In this document: in pieces, positions 14,887 through 26,300 of the stretch
How the letters are laid out: the number at the start of each line of letters is the position of its first letter
Numbering within the stretch: the first letter of the stretch is position 1
NCBI GenBank assembly: GCA_000934665.2
Contig: JYFJ02002786.1
Location: 1-50,945 of the forward strand
Origin: Catajapyx aquilonaris
Taxonomy: Eukaryota
Direction of reading: 5' to 3'
Length of the DNA: 50,945 nt
The notes under the pieces: generated by a model
What the model was told of the DNA's origin: nothing
What the model saw: the letters and a program-made list of their open reading frames with translations, nothing else
Database searches by the model: none
Made by a program: the position numbers and the translations under genes

Positions 14887-17615
14887 CTAGTTACACTTGC
14901 CATGATACGTTCTTGCCATTAGACAAAGTAAGGCTATGAGGCGGCATGCGATAATGAGTGCCAGGAGACAAGCTATGTCTAAGTAAAAATTGCTTTCGCT
15001 GAAACTTCGGCTGTGTAGAACGCTGGTGCCGTCTGGTTGACACGGTGTGCCTGGTGGGCCACACTCAATATTGTCCACACCTGCCCACTGGTTGACGTTT
15101 AATGCTTCGTTCGCATAAAAATAAAATGACATGTATTTCACCCAAGAGAAATACACCGGTATTGATCTGAAAAATATTCACATACAGTATTACTTTGCAA
15201 TCATCTCATTCCGTACACAATAGAGACTTTCTGAACTAGTACGGTAAGTCTCTAATATATTAAGTTATACTTACGCGACATTTAAAAAGAAGCCTCCAAA
15301 TATGAGGAATATAGTGATTAAAGTGTCGCTCATAGCAAATACATATTTTATGTTCTGGTTCATGCAAGATATCATGTAACCTGTAAATAGAAATAAGAGC
15401 AACTGTTGTGTTAGTACAATATTATTCATTGATTGAAATCTTACTTTTCACGTACCGAAAGAAACTGCAGAATTGGCTACCAATACTATGATGACCACGC
15501 ACATGATGAACCGCTGGATATCTGGATTTAAGCCAATTAAATAGTACGCAATGCATGTGTAAGTGACTGGCGCTATGACAAATATTGGGAGATCCGCCAG
15601 AGTTTTGCTTAGAAAATATACATCCGTCCTGTACATTTTCATCGAATTTTCTAGCAGAAAAACTGGCAATTCCTCGCAGAAAACCTGTGGGAACAAAAGG
15701 TTAAGTGTTAATTGGATTATTATCTTTTTGCATCTAAATGTTTCATGCTCTGTTGAATGCAAACTTAACAAACTGGCCAAATACCTTGCAAAAAAATTAG
15801 GAATTGAGTATCATAATTAATTAATTATTATAATAATACCAATTTCTGCACATACCGTTGCGACAGCAATCATATTTTGAAATGACATGTTTCCTATGAG
15901 CATGACAAGTGCTCCGCTGATGTTCATCACACCTTCCTGATTAAACTTCTGCCCGAAGTAAACACTCCCACATATTAGCGACAAAAGCTAGAAAACATCA
16001 TCAGGTTTCAAATGAACATGTCCGAAACACATAGCTTAATTTAAAAAATAAAAAAAAACATACGATTGCGTGCGCAAATCGAATCTTCAAGACAATTGGA
16101 TCTTTCCGGACGCTCAGCCAAGATCTCCATAAAACAGCCCCGAATTGCTCTGTCCACGGCATGTTGTATGAAGGCCCTCCGTCTTTAACAGCAGCAGTAG
16201 GAATTTCCTCTTTAACGTCAACAGCTTGAGAGTCACTATGACGTCGAGCTGACTTGAAATCTTCCTGTTCCTGGTAGACAGCACGGAGTGTCTCGATGCG
16301 ACCTCTGCAAGCCTCCACACAGCCCTGTTTGACCGTGACCTGATCCACAAAGAAATCTGATGGATTGTAGTTAGGCGGACACACGATTCCCTGAGAAGCG
16401 AAGAAGTCGAATGCCTCTTGGGGACTCCCGCAGAAGACGATTTGTCCATCTGAAAGCAGCAGCATTCGGTCGAAAAGAGAGTAGACTTGAGAGGACGGCT
16501 GGTGGATGGTGGCCACGATGCTCTTTCCTCTGTCGGCCATTGATTTCATGGCTTGCACCACACTCAGAGCCATGAAGGAGTCCAACCCTGAGGTGGGTTC
16601 GTCGCAAAACAGAAGCTGAGGGTCGGTCAGTACTTCGCAAGCAAAGGCCAGTCTCTTCTTCTCACCACCTGATATTCCTTTCAACCGACCGACTACGCCA
16701 ATCATCGTGTCTGCACACTTGTTTAATCCAAACTGGAAAGAGCCATTGGTTTGAAAATGTACAAGAAATTCTATTTTGAACAAATACTCACCTCTGATAT
16801 CACTTCTTCTACTCGCTGCAATCTTCTGCTTCGAGGTATACTGTTGTCCATTCGTACTAGTGCCTGTCACAGTGTCAGAGAAGTACCGTCAGACGGGATG
16901 AGATTGTGCCACACATAAAAATTTATATCTCCCCCTCCCTTAGAGAGGCTAATAAAAATTTATTATTTTCACACATAAACTGAAAGGTGCGATGTGCAGC
17001 AATGTTGCTTACGAAGGATGTTACAGTATAAATTATTCTGGTTTTCTCGTATGAAAAACCGCAAAATGTGGCACGGCAATCTCATGGCGGTATTGTCGTT
17101 AAAATATAGCCTATCTACAAGCGAGTTTCATATAGGCCAGACCAACCTGGAAAATGAGCTGTTCTCTAACAGTGAGAGTTCCGATGAAGAGATCGTTCTG
17201 TTGTATGTATCCAGATGTGGAAGAAAGTATTGTCTGATTGACAGGCTGTCCATTCATTCTCCTTTGACCTGTGACCTGTACGTTGGAAGCCTCGTTTTGC
17301 AGTGTGAGGGCGTTGAGCAAAGTTGTCTTTCCTGCCCCACTAGGACCCATCAAAGCCAAAAGTTCTCTTGGACGTACTTCGCCAGACACTGGTGAAAATA
17401 AATAGTAACATAACTCGTACGTCATATTCCTCCCAAAAATCCACTTTACACTTACCATTTTTCAGGATCATTTTGGGGGTAGAAGTCGAGCTGCCTAATT
17501 TTTTTCGTCTGAAAGGACACCATTGAGGGAACCACTTGGACATGCCATCAGGTTTTTCTTCCACTGACACGTCGATGTTGTTCCATGTGTAAGTTATTCC
17601 TTGTTCTTGGTACAT
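14887..17615 (-). CDS. white: ABCG half-transporter, white-like (multi-exon)
   Basis: ITYTWNNIDV start; Walker A GPSGAGKTT; GYIQQNDLFIGTLTVREQLIFQ; small exon 16792-16863 ALVRMDNSIPRSRRLQRVEEVISE; signature ISGGEKKRLAFACE; CDEPTSGLDSFMA; TIHQPSS; CPPNYNPSD; TM exons FCEELPVFL, FGGFFLN, SWVKYMSFYFYANEALNVNQW. ABCG is secure; white versus scarlet orthology is less so. Confidence 0.85.
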
Positions 17616-18897
17616 CTTCCAGACTGGCAGTCCCGACTGTTACAGGCTGCAGGAGCTATAATTAATTATCCTGCACTCATATATTAACAGGAATGTTCGT
17701 ACTGTCACAGGATTATTGCAAGACAGAGCAGCACATGCAACACTCACTGTATGTAAATTAATAATTATTAGCCCTATATGGAGCAGTAATAGCTTCAGAG
17801 CTATGCATATGCACCTGTTATTTCGACATCTGTCGATGAACAGACCCACACCACTGTCCCCAAGGTCATTGTAAGATAAACTGCAACAACAAACTTTCAC
17901 GGATAAAATATGTGGAGACTTTGCAAACACTGATAAAGAATAAGGTGGTAGGGAACTATAGCGATTAGAATAATAGTATTACTATACTCTTACATCACCA
18001 TGTGCAGGGTGCTGCCAAAGATGCACACTTTTTATGAAACTGACTAAGAAAAAAATATCACTTTATGTAGGTTATTTTGGCTTCAATAGGCATGCACTCC
18101 TCTGCCAGATTACTCTGATGGTTATCTCTGTATTGAAGTAACACGTGCAGTTACTTGTTACTCCTCTTATGGAAGTAACGAATCAAGATTTAGATTTATT
18201 TTCATTTATTTCAGAAAGAATAATGAGCAGGCTATGTCCTAAGGTAACACTGTTACTTCTCTATAAGGGCCACTTTTTCCGATAAATTTACATCTATTAG
18301 AGATAACCGAAATGAGGGTGTGCCGAAGTTCGTCTATCGGAAATGAGGGAAATCCCACCCTAGACGAAGCCGGAGATGCCACAGAACTCCGCACGAGAGG
18401 AAAGGGTGGGAACGCCTGCTGGGCTTTGTTACCACCCTGTATTACACTGAGACATTCAGGTGAGACATGGTTTTTGGACTGGTACTTTGAACTTACTACT
18501 TGTTCAAAATAATCTTATCTGTCAGTGTTTCTCCGACGATGTTCGTAAACATTGTTATCCCTAGGGTCAGGCACCCGTGACTTGAACGATTCCCGATATG
18601 AATGTAGTCCAACAATAACATTTTCTGAGTTAGCATGATCAGCATTGCCCCTTATCAGTACGACTATTACAGTTCTGTCTTGTCAATAAAATAGTGAGAA
18701 ATTCAAGCCATAAGTCTGCAGGTCAGCGAGAGAAATTCTCTTTTGGCACTTCTCATATTGTAGTGCCATCACTGCCAAACTGCGTGCAATTTATTGGCAA
18801 TTGCAAGAAATGTGCACAATTCAACGCATACCTTTAATCATTGGAAATACAAATAGTATGGTCGAATCAACGGAACATTCCGCATATCCTGGGCCTC

Positions 18898-21632
18898 TCA
18901 AATGGTGAAGTCTTCCATCATGCCACTGTCGCCCTTGAATTCGCCCTCGGCGTCCCTGCTCCTCTTAAGTATGGCTGCTGGCGACTCCCTCTTGCAGAGC
19001 ACCTGGACGTAGACTTGCAGCACTTCCAGAAGGGTGGTCTCAACGTTGAACACCGGGCAGAAGGGCATCCTGGAGGTGAATCTGAAGTTCTTGAGCACGT
19101 TGTTCATCCCAATGGGCAGCGCATAAGCGCTGTGGTGCACCAGCTCGTCCAGGGTCTCCGCAGTCATGGTCCTCCTCTTCCAAAGCACCATGCCTCTCTC
19201 CACGTCCGATCCAGGCACCGTCACGTCCAGGAAGAGGGCCAATATGAACGAAAGTATCATAGGGTTCGTGATGATGAGGCGGATTAGGACGTCGGCATAG
19301 TCCAATCCAGTGTGGAAGTACTTCATCGCGTCTTTGTGACTTTCAAGATACTCCGTGCAGCCCTGGAAACATTTTTCGGATAAGGCTATATTGTGTCAGA
19401 CGATTTGGCTCATTTTCTCACCAAGGACAAAAGTAAGACGACTCCTGCCAAGTGCTGGTTCCGCCTGTTCTTCATGTCGGCGTACTTGAGGAAGCCCATC
19501 CCTTGCGCCAGAGTGTTGGCGTACAGCACGGTCATGACTGCGGCCAGGATGGGCTTGGGCATGTGGATTATGTAGTACGACAGCTTCGGAGAGAATGCCA
19601 GGAAGATCAAGATGAGTCCCACGGAGTATCCCACCCGTCTGGAGGCGACCATCGTCATGGTGAAGCATCCTCCTGAGGTCCTGTACCCGACCGTCGATCC
19701 GAGGGAGCCCCACAGGCCTCCAAAGATCGTCCCGATGCCGTTGATGCCTATTCCCCTGTTCATGGCGTGGACTGGAGGGGTTGAAAGGCCGGATGCCACG
19801 GCCACGGCATAGTACGTGCCCACGGAGGTCAGCATGTTTGCCAGGAGGGACACCAGCAGGGGAAGGACGTAAGGGAAGGAGGGAAACTCCGGGGCGCCGA
19901 ATTCACCTGGTGTTCAGAAGAATATGTGTCAGAGTTTATTATAGTCTTGTCCGTTGAAATGTTTGTTAACCTGGAGAGTTCATCCGGAACCACAGCCCTC
20001 CTGCAGTGTCGTCGTACGGGGTTACTGCAACTTCGCCCTTTTCGGTGAGTGTGTTGGGCAATTTCTCGAGGCCGACGATATACCATATGGGAAGCACAAT
20101 TGCCAAGGTTAGGTGAACCTATACCATTGCAGTTTTTGTAACGGGAGGAAAGCAATAATGTTAAACAGGTAACCATTTTTTAAAATTGTAATGATATTTT
20201 TACACTTACAGAGTAAAGTTGAAAGAAGTAGTGACGCTTGAAGTGCCAACGGGAGCTCTTGGAAGAGGAATGAGGGATTCGGATCTTCACGTTTCCCATG
20301 ATAAAGGAGAAGAAACCCATGAGGCCTATTGTCCTGAAAGTATTTTAAACCGGATTTACCAAAGACCCACCAATAACGTGGATCTGCCCAGTACAAAATG
20401 CAAGACCCAATAACAGCAAAATGTTAGGCTAGAGACTTATCATAAAATTCATCAAACCGAGGCAATATATTCTTACATAAGAGAGATGTGCAAATACGAT
20501 TTCATGTAGCTGATTAATTGCCTGATCATCATAATTGGCACGATCATGAGGCTGGTTCCGATCACTAGAGGCGAAAGGCTGTTCAAGATGATGTTAGTCA
20601 GACCTGAAAATATGAAAACGCATATGCAATACATTCGACTCTAATGCTGGAAGGGCATTACCCTATTAGCTAGTATTTTATAAGTAGTCTAACCTAACGT
20701 GCCAATAAGAAATTCCATTATTCCGGTTATAATGACGCATCCTTGGAAGGTGGCTAAGACCTTGAGGAACCTCTTTTCTATCAGCACTTGGGACCAACCC
20801 CTCGTCCTGCTGCATGTCAGCCTGTGCTCTTGAGGAATCACAGAATTCACTATGTGCAGGATGGTGAGCGTATGTGGAGTATCAGCACCTGACACCGTCG
20901 GAATTCTGTAAGATTCGCAACCAGTTCTCACTTTAATGGCATTTTCTTGGAGAGATGTGATGAAGAGCATGTCGTCCACTCACCTGACGCCTACCAAGGT
21001 TTGTGTGAAATTGATCACTCCGGTGATAAAAAAGCATGATGCCAGGAGCGTCATGTAGGACGACAACATAGGCGCACAAAAATACGGCTCACTGGCGTCA
21101 AATACATCCCTCATGTAAAATACTGCCACAAGACAGTTCTGAAAATTTAATCGTAATTCATTACGAATACAGGAGTTGTGGGCATGTATTATCTTCATTA
21201 TTAAGTCTTACCTGAGCGGCGGTGATGAAGCAAAAGATCCATCTCGGGCTGTCATTCGGCTTGTAAATGAGATGCTTTACAAATGACTTCGCATCGAGTC
21301 CAGGTATCGAATGAGTTAGAGAGAGACGCGACTGTCTCTGAGACAGGCCCTGTCAAATTACAAGAAACTGTATATAGAGATATGCTTTTGTTCATACGGG
21401 ATTGCCGAAGATTCGCGTGTTTCATTATAGGATAATGACTATAGAGTGTCGGGCAGTCCCAAGACCGAGATGTGTCAAAAATGCTATTCCGATAATAATT
21501 TTAACTTAATTGCTCGGTTATAACGCAGGACCAGCAAAAACAAACCTTTTCTTCATAATATGATTTTAGAGACGATGCTGAACTATCAGGAGGCGTATAT
21601 TCTTCTCTACTACTGCCATGCACTTGATCCAT
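18898..21632 (-). CDS. SLC23 / nucleobase-ascorbate transporter (NAT) family member, divergent (multi-exon; an upstream exon is possible)
   Basis: Spliced reading gives LIYKPNDSPRWIFCFITAAQ|NCL, FFITGVINFTQTLVGVR, FQGCVIITGIMEFLIG, LTSVGTYYA, PPVHAMNRGIGINGIG, VASRRVG, GMGFLKYADMKNRRN, LALFLDVTVPGSDVERG, YALPIG...MPFCP, all SLC23-type landmarks. Confidence 0.85.
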
Positions 21633-23374
21633 TCTGTTCCAGTCCAACCTTCGAAATAAATAGCTCACTGACAATATCAACTCCATGACAACAACCCTCT
21701 CATCAGTTTTAGAGACTTTTTTTCCATTATAATGGTGTTATCATGAGTATTATCAGGTGGAAGAGAAACAATGTGTTTGGTTCCTACATTTCAGTGGCAG
21801 CGTCATTTTTTCAGTAAGACAAATATGGGTCATCCTGTACTGTACATCAGGCGATCCGTATTTCAAGAGAGGTTGTAATAACCCGAAAGAAGAACTTATT
21901 ACATGCATGTGTGAGCCAGAATGAACAAAGATTTTCGTCTTAGAATAACTCCAGGTACACCTACAGGTAGAAAAGAAGTGCACACCTTTGGCACTACATT
22001 GTATATGCATGCAGGCCAGTACAATCCAATTACATATATGCTGAATAATCAATTGCATAGGTCATAAAACGCGCCTTCATTTATTATTACATTTCGCAAT
22101 ATCCGAGAGTATGCTGTAATACTCCGTATTGTCTCACAGACCTCTTTCTGTATTGCTGATGCCTGTTTTATCAGATGTGTCAATTGGCTGGTATTTAGGG
22201 GATCCAGGTCTTCTGATGACACCCACAACCAAACCGACAGATCATTGATCAATGGTGGCAGCCAATCTGGTGTCCACTAAAATATTCAAGGGAGAAGGAT
22301 GGGAAAGAAAGAAAGATGTTGTGCCCAGTCTGAAATACAAACTATCCCCGAGATGTCCTGGAATTGACTGGAGAAAACCCCTAGTCAGGGCCATATGACT
22401 GCCCAATAAACCCTAAATCTCCTGAATGACTATTGGCCCGCTAAGGCCTAACCTCCTCTCAAGAGAATTAGTTACCTCAGTCGTCCAAAAATAAAGCTGT
22501 CCTCATAGTTCATGGCAACACACGCGTATTTCCTATCAGATAGTCATCTAACTTCCAGGATACCTTTATGACTTGCGAGTGACAAAATTGCACCACCATA
22601 ATTGCTTCATTATTGTTACTGAAGATAACCTCGCCTTTATAGTATCAGAGAACTTCAAACTCATAAAACTACACAGACATACTCCAAAAATGTGGAGATA
22701 ATTACAGGTTAGCAGCATCCTCTGCCCCCCCTCCATTCTATACTCATTCGTCGCATTTTAAAAAACAGAACAAAGTTTTTGGAAAAAAATCTGACACCAC
22801 TAATAGATTAAAACTAATTTAGCCACATGTTATTACAGAGCTTCACTATCCATGATAACTACACCACCTGCAACCTAACCTGTAATAATCAGACTCACCA
22901 AAATTGACATGTACAGTACCAGAGGTAAACACTTTTCCTAAAAACACAAAATGCTGTATTTTCTTAAGGACTTGTACAAAACACACTGATCATTGAAACA
23001 CAACACCAAATATGCACCATGATTGTCAAAAATATTCTGAACCTTACAAAAAGAGAACTACAGTATGGTAGACTAATCACTATTTTGTTGATCTCAGCCG
23101 AACCTCCAGAAGCTCATCTCATTCAACAGCCTCCCTCACCTGACACCAGCAGTAATACTGACTTTTCTCTTTCGGAATAGATTCTGGTTTGTTAACCTTA
23201 GCAGCAATGTATCAGCCACACTCCAGCACCAAAGTAAGTCCTGGCAGAATTTGTATCCAGTAAATGCCTTTTACTTTTCATAATTATATTAATCTCAAAC
23301 ACTTGTTTGTCTGCAAAAAAAAGCAGATACATCATTTGACCATGATTCTTCGACCATTCTGTGCAGAGTACTTT

Positions 23375-26300
23375 TCAGGGATCTACAAAAGAGATCAGGA
23401 TATAACGAGTGCCTGTTTTGACAGGCAGACCTTCATGATAGTGAGTAAGACGTCCAGGATGCATCAGCAACCATCCTGGACGGGTGTCGGTAACACTGCA
23501 GTTGTACCGTACAAATCTGCAACCACCACCCTGAAAGATTACAAGGGTCCATAAGTAATGTTAGTAAAATTTACAAAATAATTCAGTACTGTACGAGTTG
23601 TGGGAACATACCTCATAATCTACGCCAAACTTATTGAGAGCAACATTAATGGTGTAAGTGGAAGAGTCATGATGGGGACGCAAGGCTGGCTGCTCTTCAG
23701 GCTTGTAGCGTACCACAAAGTTCATGGTGGCTTGCGGTGGCTGAAAAATAATTCAGATGTGGTTTCTAATACAAGTTCACAATGCAGTTGATTTAGTACT
23801 GTACCACAACCATGCACTCCTAGGACTGTGCTAAATAATAAGACATTCTGCAACTACACGTCTACAAAATAATGTCATTCATTTTGCAAATCCATCACCA
23901 TACAATTATTCTTTCACCATCACTTTCATGTGTGTAAAGATGACCAACCCTTGATTCAGGCTCTGGAAATAATAACTGTCACCTGCATCATCAATACCAT
24001 TGGTACCAAGTAAGATCAAGAGCATTTTAAAAGTACCAACACAGGTAGTCCATGAAGAATGAATAAACCTGAGTTAAATGAAATGTGGATGGATTGACAA
24101 ATAAATATCTGCAACCACACCTATGCGGAACAGCAAAGGTTAAGGAAATTAAAAGCTGTGCTTTCCCTTGAGAATGTGACGCAATGTCTTCATGCATAGG
24201 CTCACAGCCAGTACTTCAATCCATGGGCATATACTTACCCCTAAACACATACCACCCCCTCAAAAAAACCACAGTGGTAAAATAAAAATATAAAATAAAT
24301 GTGAATAAAGACATAGAAGGGGACAGTGGAGGTTGAAGAAGTCTTAGACTCTTCCACCAACCCACACCAGCACCAGGACCCACAAGGAAGAAAATGCTTT
24401 TTTTGTTTTCCTTACATCATCGTCATAACCGGGATAGACTCGCAACAGCAAGGGGAGGACGTACGATTTTAGAATCTCAAGCCAGTGTTCATACAGTCCG
24501 ACTTGCTCCATGTGAATGTCAACAGTTGGAACTGGGTCATAAGTGTATCCACCCTGTTGAGGAGAGATGGAGGAGTTCAGGTATAGGACACCAATAACAG
24601 GTAGTTCACAGGCTTTTTTCACTGTGCTTTGGCTCATAAGAAGGAAGAAACCCCACGTTCTTCCTTTTTTTTTCAGATAGAAGGAACAGCTGCTGACTGC
24701 TTTAGGAGAACATACTGGGACAGCGTTAAAACAACTTATTATAATCACAGCAGTATGCTAACTACCACACTCATATTTCTCAGCATTCAAAATGCACTTA
24801 TTTTATGTCAGACATAGCAGCTATTCTTTCACGATGGTCCCAGTGCCGACGGTCTCCTTCGATGGCCTTGCTTCAGACAGCACACAACATGGACAATCTT
24901 TGCACACTTGAATGCCTGTACATACATAATGGAAATAGCCTGTGAAGGCTCGGCTCTGCAGAGGCTCTATAAACAGCCGAAGGATTTCCAAAAACACCTT
25001 CTCCATTCCTATTTGCTTCATGTGGATGTCCACCGTAGGCACGTTTTCATACCCGCCATCCAGCCTCGTATCCTGTGAACCAGTCTCACCATCTTAACAA
25101 ACAGAACCTGCTTTTTTTTGCAGTGGGGCTATTAGGCATTTACATTCCTTGTTTACTCTTAGCCTTGTGAGCAACTAAATTAATCTCTATATGTCATATC
25201 AAAAGTGCATTTATAAATTATTGAAATTGCATCTGAATAATCAGGTAATCAAGCTTGAGATAGGCTATAATTTGATCAAAATTAACATTATAATACACAG
25301 AATATGTGTTGTCATTTGATGTTCATAATTATGTCAATTAATTTGTCAATAATATTTTTTACGTCCAACTTACATAGTTGCTGCCGTCTGACCACTTGCC
25401 ATAATTCTCCATCTCGGCAATCAGTTCATTGCACCATACCCTCTTGAATACAGGAAACCAGTAAACATCAGGACAGGGCTGCAAAGAAAGCAATATATTA
25501 TTAGGAACCTGTCTCACAATTTGAAATATGTGACAAAATATATTTTTTAAAACTTACTTCCTGGATAGTGTTGTTCATATTCAAACTCTGGGAGTAGTTC
25601 TCGTGCACGTATCGCACCTCCCAATCCCAGCGGTTGTCAAACAGCTGGTACAATTCATTGTGAACATGAGAGGTGTCGAAGTTCTCAGCATTGATCAAAT
25701 GCCCCCAGTCCACTCTGTTTGTCACGTACATAAATATGTCCTGAAAGACAGTGTCAAGGTAAAAACCTATACATGCTTGCAAAAGGGCAGATAACTAGTA
25801 CCTTGTCTCGATTATTCAGACAGAATGCCATATCTGCATCCAACAAATTGCTGATAAAGCTTGGCCTGCTTTCTTTCTTGCGGATAATAGTGGCATTTAC
25901 TAAATAGCTGCCAGCAATGAATGGGACATTCCACAACCCTCTGGAAAGTAAAGAAGCACTTTGTTAATGCCCTACCAATCAAGTGATGGCTTATTATCTC
26001 AAATATTCAAATGACCCTGACATGGCTCAAATTGCCCGTCAACCTGGAAAAGCCCCTCCTGTGACAATAACTACTGAAGTTTGCAATTCCCACAATCAGG
26101 GGCAGACCTTGACAATGACATGTCAAGTTGAAGGAGTGCAAAAGTTCAAATCCATTTCAGCCTCAATTCGCAGCAGCGTAGTAGGGTGCATGAGATAGGT
26201 TAGTGGTATGAAATAGTCCCCTCCTCTCCACGCCACTCTGAAGGAAATGGCTTTGGATTTAATGAGGAAGCATCACTGATGGCCAAGGGCCGAGGGGGTT

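Noticed and set aside
16792..16870. Apparent frameshift or missing segment in white
   Set aside because: Resolved by a 72-nt exon (16792-16863) in another frame; the gene is intact here.
22447..22881. CCTAACCT matches to a TTAGG telomerase template
   Set aside because: Short matches in the probable Plod 3'UTR region with no supporting promoter or structure.
24233..24243. Minus-strand TAG-GG-GTAAGT, a possible 2-nt microexon or recursive site downstream of Plod exon B
   Set aside because: Would frameshift, is not the AG|GT recursive pattern, and the adjacent pyrimidine tract is poor; only junction reads could revive it.
23741..25373. Docking/selector RNA pairings for the Plod A/B exons
   Set aside because: Only ~7-bp complementarities found by eye (aggcatt/aatgcct, cacagtg/cactgtg), not above chance.
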